DNA of 64,000 nt from Flaccisagitta enflata (Eukaryota): the NCBI GenBank assembly GCA_965153355.1, contig OZ231126.1:25234001-25298000 (forward strand). The letters are read 5' to 3'. Under the pieces are notes generated by a model that saw nothing but the letters and a program-made list of their open reading frames with translations, did no database searches and was not told where the DNA came from. This document shows positions 27,833 through 40,851 of the stretch, in pieces; position 1 is the first letter of the stretch; each line of letters starts with the position of its first letter. Position numbers and translations under genes: made by a program.

Positions 27833-28469
27833 GAGGAAGTGGCCGTCCACGACGTGTCCTCAACGAATCTTCCCTCATCGTATTTATATATACATAGTAG
27901 ACGTCCCTGAGGTCTCAAACCAACTCACTCCTCTTTTCCTTCTTTTTTGAAGAAATGCTATTTAAGCATGCAAAGAGGAGGGACGCGCCTTCACTAAAAC
28001 GACGAAAATGCTGATGAAGATGAGGGGTGGGGGAGGGGGATGGCAGAGAGGGGAGGAGGAATATGTGGCGAGGGATGTAGACAGGGTTTTTGATAAAAGA
28101 ATGTGCTGTTGCAGGGGTTGGTGTGGTTTTGTGGGGTAGGAAGGGGGGTTGTTAGAATGGAAATCACTTTCAAATTCTTAATTGGGGGAAATGGAATGAA
28201 CTATGACTGGATTTAAACATTTTCTTGGTCTGTTTCTCCTTCTATCGCTTGTGTTACTGTGGTATTGCAGGTCTGACTGTTGTTTCTGATTCTGTCACAC
28301 AAACAGGGACTCACACAACGAGAAACTCTTGTGCTTTCTTTGTGAGATTTTTTCTTGCTTTGAATCTCATGCATTTCATTTCCTCTTTTCTTTGTTTCAT
28401 TCTTTGTCTCATTTTCTGTTTTTTCTTTGTTCACTTCGATTTTTCCGTTGTTTCTTAATTTTTCTCATT

Positions 28470-28485
28470 TTTTTTTTCTTTCTTT

Positions 28486-28561
<76 letters not shown>

Positions 28562-28612
28562 GTTTCTGAATTTCTTTCTATCTTCCTTTCTTTTTTTCTT
28601 TCTTTCTGTCTG

Positions 28613-28660
<48 letters not shown>

Positions 28661-28662
28661 AT

Positions 28663-28693
<31 letters not shown>

Positions 28694-28696
28694 TTT

Positions 28697-28783
<87 letters not shown>

Positions 28784-28798
28784 CTTCTTTCTTTCTCT

Positions 28799-28858
<60 letters not shown>

Positions 28859-28930
28859 TTTTTCTTTCTTTCTTTCTTTCTTTTTTTTTCTTTCTTTTTT
28901 TCTTTCTTTCTTTCTTTCTTTCTTCCTTTC
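28470..28930. repeat. (CTTT)n microsatellite
   Basis: Directly visible. Confidence 0.95.
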
Positions 28931-29225
28931 CTTCGTTCATCCGTTTTTTTATCTGTCATTCTAAGACCCAAAAAGTTTTTTTTCTTGATCGATTCCATCA
29001 TATTTATCTTTCTTTCCACCACCATTTTCACCTTTCCTCCTGCCAACCACCAAACTTTCTCCTCTCTTTTCTCTCTCTATTCTTCATTGCTCCCAGGGAG
29101 CCATCATACTTTTTCTTCCTCTTTTCCGTCTTTCCGTAGGCCCGTCGTCGAGATGATAAAGCTTTCAAAAAATATCAGGAGAGAAAAAAATAGAAAGAAA
29201 AAAAAATTGAAAAGAAAGGAGAGAA

Positions 29226-29325
<100 letters not shown>

Positions 29326-29515
29326 AAAGGGAGGCGGAGGAGGAGGAGGTAAAAAGAACTGTCTTTTAAAATGAACCCATTTTCTTATTTCCTTCGAATT
29401 CTGCAAAACGCGTTTTTTCGGATTTGCATTCCCAAGCAAAGTCACATTACGCGCTCCCACGGCGTCTGTCTTTTCCATGATGGATCGCTGCCGCAGCCGC
29501 CGCACCACCAACTCT

Positions 29516-29607
<92 letters not shown>

Positions 29608-29699
29608 TTTCTTTTTTCTTTGTATCTTTCTTTCTTCTTTGCTTTCTTCTTTTCTTTTACGTTGCTGCTTTCGCGGCTGCTGTGGCAGTGAGAGAGAGT

Positions 29700-29789
<90 letters not shown>

Positions 29790-31717
29790 CAGGCAGATAG
29801 ACAGACAGGAGAGAGAGAAAGGGAGACTGTGACAGAGACAGACTTACAGACGGACAGTCAGGCAGACAGACAGGCTGACAGAGCGAAGCAGAAAATTGGA
29901 AAGATAGAGAAAGGGAGGAGCGAGAGAGATTTCAAATTCAGTTTCGTCCTTGATAGACCCGAACGATTTTCTTCCTCTTGTTGCCCCGTCCGTCAAAAAA
30001 AGGGAGAATGAGGGGAAAAAAGAAAAGAATAGAGACAGTGAAATGTGAAAGAAAGAAAGAAAGAGAGAAAGAAAGAAAGAAGATCTTGAAAAAGGGAAAG
30101 AGGAAGAGATGAAGAGAAAGAAAGGATGTGGAGAGATGGATTATGGATAACAGCGAAAAAAAAGGAGCCAAGCAGTGTTTTAAGCTGATAGAAAAAAAAA
30201 AGAAAGAAAACACAAAATTAGAATTAAAGTTTCCTTTTTTACCATTTCTTTCCGATTGTTCTTTGGCGAGACAACGCTTAAAATGTGACCTGGTTTGTTC
30301 GTATGCACGCTCTTTTTTCGTTCTTTCGCGTGCACACACAAACATGCACACTGCAATTGCGAGCGCGTATCTGATAGGCGGGGCTTTTCTCTCAGGGGCC
30401 ACTTTGACGCATTTTTCGACAACTCACGTGATTGACGAGCTCAAATGGGGAGTCTATGATCTTTTTTCCAGAAAAAAAACCAACAACACACACAAATAGT
30501 AAAATATTGCGGTGGCAGTTTTTTTAAAATTCTGCCAAAAATAAAAAGAAAAGAAAAATACAAAGTGGTTGCTGAACTCTGTGATGAAGACAATGCCCTG
30601 CTCTTAAATACCACCTGATACCCGCTTCTCTTTTTTTTAACGAATGTTAGTCGACTTGTATGTGAAACAAATTTCTCTATTCATTACCAAATGATTCCAT
30701 CCAGTAATAAACCTGAGAAAAAACAGCCAGGATACATTTTAGCGTAGCATTGCCAGAAGGAAAAGAAAAAGTGTCAAGTCGTGGGCCGGGTTGGGGGAGG
30801 GGAAACATCTAATATTTATGGAGTATTGTTTGGATCCTCAGTCACTGTTGGTCTGAAACCTAAAATCCGTTTACATATATTTTTACTTGCTTCATTCTTT
30901 CTCGTTTTTAGTCATTCTCAACCTCGGGAATTAATCCAACTTAATCTTGCAATCCCTAAAAAGATTGTCTCCATTTTTTATCTCATCAATTGTCAAAATT
31001 GTGAATCTAGCGGAAATAAAAGAGAAAACAATGCCAAAATTATATCATTGTGTTGTTGCGAGCAAAGGAGGTGATACATAGGTGATCATACGTACCGTTT
31101 TGAAGGATTTTGTCATAATGTGTCTTTTTTTTTCTTGCTTTCTGACCCCCATTCTCCCCGCTCATAAAAAAGTGAACACTGTACATAGTGATTTTTTTTT
31201 CTAAAATGAAGGTCGGTTATTCATTTCTGTCCCTAAAATTTTGTATAAAAAATACAGTAAAAACCATCAAGAAAATATGTCGGTTATAAAGTGATCAATT
31301 TATAGCACTAATGGCACAAAAACAGTTGCAACAACAGAAATGTTCAGTTGTTATAAATTTCCCCCCTTTATTTTTTTGTCCCCTCCATTTGAAAATGTGA
31401 AAAAAAAAATTATTGGCACAATTTCTTTTATTTAGCTCCTCTCTACTATTTGTTTGTCTTTAATTCGCGAGAAGTCATTATTTTTTCAGAGGTAATCCCA
31501 AAGCAAATCACCTGACTATCCAACTTCTATGTACAACCAACTTATTGAGAAAAAAACAAACAATGAAATTGACCATGTCACAATATATAACTCATCATCA
31601 CTATTATTATCGTTAATAACCCTGTGAAAGTTACGTTTTCTTTTCGAGTCATTTTGTGAAGCTTTTCTGTTACTTTGGTTTTGATATCGTTTATCATTTT
31701 TACCCATTCCCCACCCC

Positions 31718-31821
<104 letters not shown>

Positions 31822-33354
31822 TTCCAATCCTTCCCAAGTTTTTCTGTCCCATTTCTATCCTTGCTTTTATTCATGTTCATGAGTGTGAAAACAGAGTTAT
31901 TTTTTTCGACTCTAAGTCAAAAGAAGACATCCAAATTAACTGGCACTTTTACCGTGATTTTACTCATAACTTCATCGCTTTATAATCCAACTGCTTTAGG
32001 CTAAAGGCAACTGTGCAATTTATTTCACTTTCAAATATTGATAGTCGCAAAAAAATTTCACTCTTTTTTCTTTAAATGTATCGTATTGCGACTGTTGCCA
32101 TGTACGTCGTGGCGTGGAATGACCCCTACGTTTTTACAAGACAGGTTACATTTTCATTTACACACGACTATCAGAAATTCCTCTAGTCAAAGAAGGGAAA
32201 GTGTATGTAAATCAATGTCAACCCGCGACTCGATCTAATTGTGCAGTTTTCTCTCCTGAGCGATGAAGTGAATGCAGTGAAGAAAAGATAAATTCCTAGT
32301 CTACTTTATCATCGTGTACAATCTACATCACGGTATATGACCAGTTCTCCGACAATCCGTTAGTTACGGTTAGCAGTGTTTCGAGGTCATTAAAGAAATA
32401 CTTGAAAAATATTAATAACTCTTTTTCTTACACTTTCTTTTTCATCTCATGGATAGCAAAAAAAAACCCACACACACATGCAAAAGATTTTCGCCATCCT
32501 TTATTGATTTGTTTCTGTGATTCTCGTTCCCCAAATTTCTCCCCTTTTTCTTCCCATTCTATGCATTGTCTGCCATCGAAAATGATCTGGTTCATCATTG
32601 TGTCATCTGTTTATTTATGGAATAATAAAAATATAGTTACAACATTCCATGAATTTCCTCTTGTATTCGTGATCGAGAAAGGAACGATCAACCGTTGAGA
32701 GGTCAGATCGATTCGCCTGTAGTAGTCAGATTTTCCTGGAGACAGATTCTGGAGATGGGTATAAGAATTAGAAACTAATGCCTAAAAACACTGAAGCCAC
32801 TAAACCCACAGCGTGCGTCATGTCGAGGCTTTATAGGATGAAAACGTTGAAACGAAATGAAACGAAAAACTATTGTGATTTGTGACAAGGTGGGGGGGAA
32901 GGGAAGAGGAGCAGACCAGAATTTGGATCTCTTAGCCACGGTTTGGACATTTCGCCTGAAATTGGGCCTCTCCGGCAGATTTTGAGATGGGATTTGTGAT
33001 ACAACAAGACCAATAAGCAGTCGCTCGCGGTCACGTCAGGCAGGGGCAGTTTTGCTCAGGAATCACTTGATGACCGATTTCGCGTCACCAAGGAAATCAT
33101 GTTAACAGACCTTCCTACCTGCTTACCTTTCTACTGACATCACATGCACACGTTGGATAAGCAAGGCCTAATGGGTGCTATAACCTACTTTGGTCGCATG
33201 TGGGTAGGCAAGGGCAGAGTTAGGGTTATTCGGCGGGGGCACGCGCATCGGCTGTGTCCTAAAAGAGCTGAAAAAAAAAGACCGATAAGCTAACGCGTTA
33301 ATGGACAAAAGGACTATTGAAGCGATACTCAGCTTGCTTGCACTAACAGCAAAC

Positions 33355-33541
33355 AAACAAGGCCGGATACATTCCAGTCGCGTGTAGGTGGGCAGGGGCC
33401 GTATTCGAGGTCACTTGATCACTTGGGCAGGAGCAGTGAGGCCTAATACTGCAAAAAAACAAAAAATTAGTGTGATGGACGGACCAACGGACGGACGGAC
33501 CGACAAAGCGGGGTGTAGAGTCGCGTAGCACGCGACTAAAA
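33355..33541 (-). mobile_element. HINE-like element, family A
   Basis: aaacaaggccggatac...gtagagtcgcgtagcacgcgactaaa. Confidence 0.8.
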
Positions 33542-33980
33542 ATAGTCTCAAAAGCGTCAGATGGTCAGCCGTGCCCTGCCCAAGTATGTTGTGATTAAAG
33601 TTGGGGGAGGGAGCAGGGCACCGGCCCCAAAGGGGTCGATGACCTATGCTTTCACACATATGAGGAATTTTCTCTTTCTCCTTCAAGCGATAAGGTTTTG
33701 AGCCTTTGGGCCGGGATTTAGGCCTTGGGGCAGGGGTTGGACCTTGGGGCTGGGATTTGGGCCTCAAAGCTGGGATTTGAGCCTCGAGTATGGGATATTG
33801 TCCTCAAGGATGGGATTTGGACTTTGAGGCTGGGATTTAGGCCTTGAGACTGGGGTTTGGGCCTCGAAGTTAGGATTTGAGTTTTGGGAGGGGGGGACAG
33901 AGCAAGAGAAGAAGGAGAAGAAGGAGGAGAAAATGCTCCATAAGCGTGGAAGCATAGGTCATCGAGGCCGCTACCCAAAA
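33541..33980 (-). mobile_element. HINE-like element, family B
   Basis: aatagtctcaaaagcgtcagatggtcagc end, subterminal IR gatgacctatgctt / aagcataggtcatc, 21-bp ggctgggatttgggcctc array. Confidence 0.75.
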
Positions 33981-33988
33981 AGGAAATA

Positions 33989-34737
33989 GAACAGGTCGCC
34001 CGAGGGCAACATGTGGTCAGCGATACCCATTGCCCTGCTTTGAGCGATTGTGAATTGGAGTAAAGGGAAGCAGGGCAGCGGCCTCGAAGGGGACGAAGTC
34101 CTGTAGAACACAGGGGAACTTTCGTTCATCCTGCCTGAAGAAGTGGATGAGATGCTATAGAGGCCTTCAAGAGCCTAAACTGAGGTCTAAGAAGGCTGAT
34201 GTAAGGCCTTATGATACCAATCCGAAGCTTGAGAGGGCTGAATTGAGGCTTGAGAGAGCTGGATTAATGCTTGAAAGTTCAGAGGACTGATTTGAAGCCT
34301 GAGAGCAATAACTTGAGGCTTAGATAGCTGATTTGAGGCCTGAGAGACCTAATCTGAGGCCTGGGAGGCGAGGTTTAAGGCCAGAGAAGCCTAATTTGAG
34401 GCCTGAGAAGCCTACTATGAGGTCAGAGAGGCCAGGTTTGAGGCCAGAGAGGCCAGGTTTGAGGCCTGAGAGGGTGGATTTGAGGCCTGAGAGGCCAGAT
34501 TTGAGGCCTAAGAGGCTGGATTTGAGGCCTGGGAGGCTGGATTTGAGGCCCGAGAGGCTAGATTTGAGGCCTGAGAGGCCAGATTGGAGGTCTCAGAGGA
34601 CAGATTTGAGGCCTGAGGGGCCTGATGAGGGCGGGACGGATGGACGGACAAACGGACAGACAAACGGATGGACGGACGAACGAAAGTCCCCCTGTGTTCT
34701 ACAGGACTTCGTCCCCTTCGGGGCCGCTGCCCAAAAA
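33989..34737 (-). mobile_element. HINE-like element, family C with 21-bp array
   Basis: ~45-bp IR gggcagcggcctcgaaggggacgaagtcctgtagaacacaggggga / tccccctgtgttctacaggacttcgtccccttcggggccgctgccc; tandem gaggcctgagaggccagattt; (ggac)n next to the terminal IR. Confidence 0.78.
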
Positions 34738-34971
34738 GAAAACCAGGAACATTCGGATAGAAGCCTTGGAAGGGGGATATGAAGACGGCGTGTTTTCCAA
34801 ATCCCATCGCCTGCCGTCTAGTAACATGGACACGAAAAGTTTATCTTTGTTTTTCTTTGTATGTTATTTTCTTTCGTTTCCTTCGTTTTTGGTCAGAAGG
34901 GATTTTTTTTCTCTAATTCTCAAGAGATCATCGTGAACTTTTCCGTTGAGTGGAAGCCCCGATGTCCGGAC

Positions 34972-35097
<126 letters not shown>

Positions 35098-35188
35098 GAC
35101 AGAGAGAGACAGAGAGACAGAGACAAAGAGAGACCGGGATAGGCTGCATAGGGCAGGTCACTAAGCAATGTTATAGAAATGAAGGATA

Positions 35189-35644
35189 CAGTGGGACCTC
35201 GGTTCAAGGGATTTCTAGGGACTGACTATTTTTGTCATTTATATCCGAAATCCCTTAAATTGAATTTATCCTTTTATAAAGGATTTTTATGTTAGTTACT
35301 TTAAACTTCCAAATTCATACTGTAACTACATCCTTTTGCTTTGAGTATGATCATCAACAATGATAAATTTAGTTCATGGCAGAATATTCAAGGTACAAGA
35401 AATATTTCCTCATTTTCTCGTAAATTTTTTCTTGAAGATTTTGTACATTTTTTTCCAAATTCATTAAATTCACCTAAAATTTCCTCTGATATAAGGGATA
35501 TTTTCAAAAACTTGTCTCTTAGATCCGAATATCCGAATATTTTTTAACATTGGAAAAACCTGAAGAAATTCAGGACCAGACAGTGTTGTCTCTTAAATGC
35601 GGATATCCCTTAAGTAGATGTGCCACTAAGGTGGGATTCCATTG
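35189..35644. mobile_element. Degenerate MITE, Tc1/mariner-pogo type
   Basis: TA-cagtgggacctc ... gggattccattg-TA termini; internal repeats of atatcc/aatcccttaa. Confidence 0.55.
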
Positions 35645-35720
35645 TACTTACAGGAACGTGGATAGTTAGTAAAAGTGACACGCCTCAACGAATGTGTTGG
35701 AGAATTTGAAACACAAGTGC

Positions 35721-36819
35721 TTTTTGGGCAGCGGCCCCAAAGGGCCAATGTCCTGTTGGACACAGGGGTGAATTTCCTTACGTCCGTACGTCCGTCCGTC
35801 CCCCTCCCCCCCGAAAGCTTTTGAATTCTCAAATTCCCATTGAATAACATGGGAAAGTGACAAAACGCAAACTTCCCATTGAATAACATGGGAAAATGAC
35901 AAAACACAAACTTCCCATTGAAAAACATGGAAAGATTACAATAGTCGCAAAAGCGTTAGATGGTCAGCGGTACCCATGCCCTGCCTAAGTTGGTTGTGGT
36001 TGAAGTTGAGGGGGGAGCAGGGCAGCGGCCCCAAAGGGGTCGATGACCTATGCTTTCACACATATGGGGGATTTTTTCCTCCTTCTCCTCCTCCTCCTCC
36101 TCCTCCTCCGTCCCTCCCCCTCAAATCCCAGTCCCAAGGCCCAAATTCCAGTCTCGAGGCCCAAATCCCAGTCTTAAGGCCCAAATCCCAGCCTCAAGGC
36201 CCAAATCCTAGCCTAAAGGCCTAAATCCTAACCTGAAGGCTGAGGTGGAGCCTCAAGTCTGGGCAACAGCTGAATTTTGACAAGGCTGAATTTGAGCTTC
36301 CGCGCTGAAATCTGAGCCTCGAGACTGGAATTTGGGCCTCGGAACTGGGATTTGAGGGAGGGGACGTAGAAGAAGGAGGAGAAGGAGGAGAAGGAGGAGA
36401 AAATCTCCCATATGTGTGAAAGCATAGGTCATCGACCCCTTTGGGGCCGCTGCCCAAAAAATAGAAATATGCATTTATCCCATCCAATAACATGGGAAAT
36501 GAACAAAAAATGAAAAAAAATGCAAAATTGCAATTGGACTATATGGAAAATTGATCAAAAATGAAATTCTCATTCAATAACATGGAAAATTGACAAGAAA
36601 TTGTAAAAAATAACTCCCATAGAATATCATGGAAAATTTCCCTAAAGGCCTGAAATATACTTTCTCAGGAGGTAAGGAAATTCACCCCTGTGTCCTACAG
36701 TTTATCGGCCCTTTGGGGCCACTGCCCTGCTCTCACTCCACTTCTTCAGCTAATGACTCCAAGCAGGGCATTAATGCATTGGGTACCGCTGACCATGTCC
36801 AATCCTTGGATGACTTGTT
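35721..36819 (+). mobile_element. HINE-like element, family C (host of a nested insertion)
   Basis: IR gggcagcggccccaaagggcc..ggacacaggggtgaatttcctta / taaggaaattcacccctgtgtcc..ggccctttggggccactgccc; internal ~40-bp units ttcccattgaataacatgggaaa on both sides of the insert; ends gctgaccatgtccaatccttggatgacttgtt. Confidence 0.75.
35940..36460 (-). mobile_element. HINE-like element, family B, nested
   Basis: Complete family B ends interrupting the internal array of the 35721 element. Confidence 0.8.
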
Positions 36820-36874
36820 CTCTAACAATTTTTTACAAGTAGAAAAAGGTGGAATATTGCAAATTATTTTCTTG

Positions 36875-38896
36875 ATTGGGAAAAAAGTTGAAGTCAGTCT
36901 TCGACTTTTTGACATATTTGAGAGAAACGGGGTTTTTATTTTCTTATGCAAAAGTTGAGGGTCTCTTCCGGCTGATTGAGGCCTCCAATGAAATTGATAG
37001 GGTAAGTAAATTTGATAATTCTCTTTCATTCGGCGCCAAACAGAATGCTCTACGACAGATATTTTTTGCGCTATGATTTTTTAAAGATTTATTTACGAAA
37101 AATTTAAATTGATTTTTTTTTGTTTTTTTTTTATTTCAAATAGGATCAATAAAAGAGTGTATTTATGTTTGTTGGAGCATGCAAATACAAGAAAACATGT
37201 TTATGAGCATAGCTGCTCAACTGTGAGGGTGTTTTTGAGCATTCTAGCTCATTTAGCTGATTTTGGTCAATCTTTTTTTCTGATTCTAAATGCGATAAAT
37301 GAATTAATATTTTGATACATGTTAAAGCAAGCAGATACAAAAAACATGTCAGTGAGCATAAGTGCCCTTCTGTGAGGGTGTTTTTAAGTATTTTAGCTCA
37401 CTTAGCTCATTAAGCTCAGTTTTTTTTTCTGATTTTTAAAAGGATAAATAAATGAATATTTGATGTGAGCATGCATATATAAGAAAGCATGTTGGTGAGC
37501 ATAGCTGCTTGTCTGGTTGAGTGATTTTAGCTCATCTAGCTCATTTGGCTCAGTCCTATCTTTCTCTGATTTTCAGTGCAACCGATACATACTATTGCTC
37601 TTGATTTGATCTAACAAATAAAAAGATTTGCAGTGACTGGAGACAAAAGCTTGGTGAAAAGTGACCAACACTTACGGCTTTTTTCCTCACGGCGACAGCC
37701 GCCATTACTGGTAAACCTACTGTAAAATGAATTCATTCAGAAAACTCATAAGAATATTCCGACATTTCTGTCCTCAAAGTTGCGCAAAAATCCCTTTTCC
37801 ACTACCTATATTTCTTTGTATTTGTATTTGAAGCTTATCTTTAATGGCTCATCACTTGTAAATTGTTGTAGTTAGCAATATACAAATTTTTCATAAAAAA
37901 AGTAACCCAAAGTTACAGTATCGTTACGGATAGGTGGGCTGGAGCATACAACCCCCCCTCCCTCAGGCGTCAACCAACCCAAACACACCCATACACATAT
38001 TTCATAAAACCACAACTACTGCAATTGGAAAATGCGTTTTTACGTTATTCAACTCGAGCATCGCAAACAAAAGGATGGATTGGTCAGCAGATGGACAAAT
38101 CCTTTTATCCACAATTAAAAAGAATTCAACGTATTGTGTCACTGCTAAAAATTTCATTTTGCCGTCTTGCTTCAGTGATGAATATGTTACCAGTAATGGC
38201 GGCTGTCGCCGTGAGGAAAAAAGTCCTAAGCATTGGTCATTTTTTACCAAGCTTTAGTTTTCAGTTACTCAAATCTTTCTACTTGTTAGATCAAATCAAA
38301 AGCACTTGCATGTATTTGTTGCACTGATAATCAGAGAAACAAGGGACTGAGCCAAATGAGCCAGATGAGCTAAAATGCTCAAAATCACTCAACCACATAT
38401 CCATGTATTTGCATTTATGTATTTATCCCATTAAAGATCAGAAAAAAAAATTGAGCTAAATGAGCCAAGTGAGCTAGAATACATGAAAAAAACCTCGCAA
38501 ATGAGCAACTGAGCTCACTGACATGTTTTTTTGTATCTGCTTGCTTAAACACCCTCACAGATGAGCAGCTATGCGTTTTCTTGAATTTGCATGCTCAAAC
38601 AAACATAAATACACTCTTTTATTGATCCTACTAAAAATCATAAAAAATCAAAAAGAATTTGATTTGCAATTTTTTGTAAATAAATCTTTAAAAAATTATA
38701 ACGCGAAAAACATTTGTCATAGAGCATTCTGCTTGGCGCCAAATGAAAGAGAATTATCAAATTTACTTACCCTATCAATTTCATTAGAGGCCTCAATTGC
38801 TCGGTTGAGACCCACAACTTTCTCATAAGAAAATGAAAACCCTGTTTCTCTCGGATATGTCAAAAAGTCGAAGACTGACTTCGACTTTTTTCCCAA
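36875..38896. mobile_element. Foldback-type element with ~0.75-0.85 kb inverted arms
   Basis: 36875-37715 is the diverged reverse complement of 38187-38896 (e.g. attgggaaaaaagttgaagtcagtcttcgactttttgacatat and ctcacggcgacagccgccattactggtaa). Arms contain repeated agctcatttagctca units. The ORFs at 36876 (+) and 38717 (-) give similar peptides, which confirms the inversion. Confidence 0.88.
37897..38118 (-). mobile_element. Degenerate HINE-like copy (14296 family) in the foldback loop
   Basis: tatcgttacggataggtgggc..caaccccc..gaaaatgcgttttt..ttcaactc..gatggacaaatccttttat aligns by eye to 14296-14527. Confidence 0.55.
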
Positions 38897-38899
38897 TAA

Positions 38900-39162
38900 T
38901 AAACAGCCCAGGCGGGCAACTCGATGCGTCATCTGCGTGATATTAGAAGAGGCGTAACGGACGGACGGACGGACGGACGGACGGACGGACGGACGGACGG
39001 ACGGACGGACGTACGGACGGACGGACGGACGGACGGACGGACGGACGGACGGACGGACGGACCGACGGACGGACCGACGGACGGACGGACGGACGGACGG
39101 ACGGACGGACGGACGGACCGACGGACGGACAAACCCTCTTATCGAGATGCGATGATCTAAAA
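38900..39162 (-). mobile_element. HINE-like element, GATGCG family, with expanded (GGAC)n
   Basis: On minus: ttttagatcatcgcatctcgata, ~170 bp (gtcc)n, gacgcatc, hairpin GCCC-gcct-GGGC, tgttt. Confidence 0.7.
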
Positions 39163-39206
39163 ATGAAACATTTTGCTATTCATTGTGTCGTGATTCTTCC
39201 CAGTTG

Positions 39207-39325
39207 ACCAGTCATCCAAGGAACGCACATGGTCAGCGGTATCTGCTACTCAGCTTGGAGTGATCAGCTGATGCAGTGTAGCAAGGGCAAGGCATCGGCC
39301 TCAAAGGAACACAGGGGTAATTTTA
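39207..39325 (-). mobile_element. Degenerate family C end fragment
   Basis: gtcatccaagga..catggtcagcggta..cacaggggtaatttt, the diverged reverse complement of 36675-36815. Confidence 0.55.
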
Positions 39326-39531
39326 AAGACGTCCTGTTAGGCTGTGATGCATATTTGAGGGTTTGAGAGAGCAACAAGACACAAAAATTAGACATCATCT
39401 TGGAGAACCGATTTAAAAAAGCTATCATCTGTTTTGATGTAATAAGGTGTGCTACGCGATTCTGCAAGTCACGCGATATATCCATTGCTTCGGCTGTCAG
39501 TCAGTACGTTACACATGTTCTTGTGCTCTAG

Positions 39532-39532
<1 letters not shown>

Positions 39533-39604
<72 letters not shown>

Positions 39605-39682
39605 AAGCAAAAACAAAAACAAAAACAAAAACAAAAACAAAAACAAAAACAAAAACAAAAACAAAAACAAAAACAAAAACAA

Positions 39683-39717
<35 letters not shown>

Positions 39718-39785
39718 GCAATATCAACATCAACAACAACAACATCAACAGCAATAAAAACAAAAATATCAACAGCGACAACAAC
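39533..39785. repeat. (CAA)n/(CAAAAA)n microsatellite
   Basis: Directly visible. Confidence 0.95.
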
Positions 39786-40019
39786 CAGTGTCGTTTACTA
39801 TTCAAGATAACTTCCCGAGGATAGAAGAAGCAAACTGCATGCAGCCGTTGTCCCTCATCTGTGTCTCTGAGCTGCGGGCACGCGGCGCCGCCGCCGCTGC
39901 AATGTGCAGAGCCAAAAGCAGCTGCACAAACTGTCGAAGCCGGAAAAAAAGTGGAGCGAACACGTTGGTCGAAGATCGAGCTGGAGGGTCGAGGGAGAAG
40001 TCTGATGACGAAGCAGCAG

Positions 40020-40464
40020 CAGAAGAGGAAGAAGAAGAAGAAGAAGAAAAAGAAGAAGAAGAAGAAGAAGAAGAAGAAGAAGAAGAAGAAGAAGAAGAAG
40101 AAGAAGAAGAAGAAGAAGAAGAAGAAGAAGAAGAAGAAGAAGAAGAAGAAGAAGAAGGAGAAGAAGAAGAAGAAGAAGAAGGAGAAGAAGAAGAAGAAGA
40201 AGAAGAAGAAGAAGAAGAAGAAGAAGAAGAAGAAGAAGAAGACGGTGAAGAGGAAGAGGAAGAAAGGGAAGAAGAAGGAGAAGGATAAAATGAAGAAAGA
40301 GAAGAAGAAGAATAAAAGAAGAGGTTCGTAAAGAGAAAAAAAAAAGAACAGGGGAAAAAAGAAGAAGAAGAAAAAAAGAAGTAGAGGAGGAAGAAGAAGG
40401 AGAAAGAGAAGAAGAAGAAGAAGAAGAAGAAGAAGAAGAAGAAGAAGAAGAAGAAGAAGAAGAA

Positions 40465-40496
<32 letters not shown>

Positions 40497-40520
40497 AGAA
40501 AAAGAAGAAGAAGAAAAAGA
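40020..40520. repeat. (GAA)n microsatellite
   Basis: Directly visible. Confidence 0.95.
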
Positions 40521-40739
40521 TGAAGAAGAGAAAAAAATGAAAGAGAAAAAGATAGAGAGAGAGGGAAGAAAAAGAAGAGAAGAAGAAGAAAGACGAAAAA
40601 AGAAGAGAAAGAAGAAGAAGCAGAGGGAAAGGAATGAATAGAAACAAAGGGAGAAGGAGAAGGAAAAATAAACAGAAGAAAAAACGAAAACGAAGAAGGA
40701 GAAGGGCAGAGAAACAGAAACAGAGACAGAGAGACAGAG

Positions 40740-40831
<92 letters not shown>

Positions 40832-40851
40832 CGAGAAGGTCCATGTAGGAG

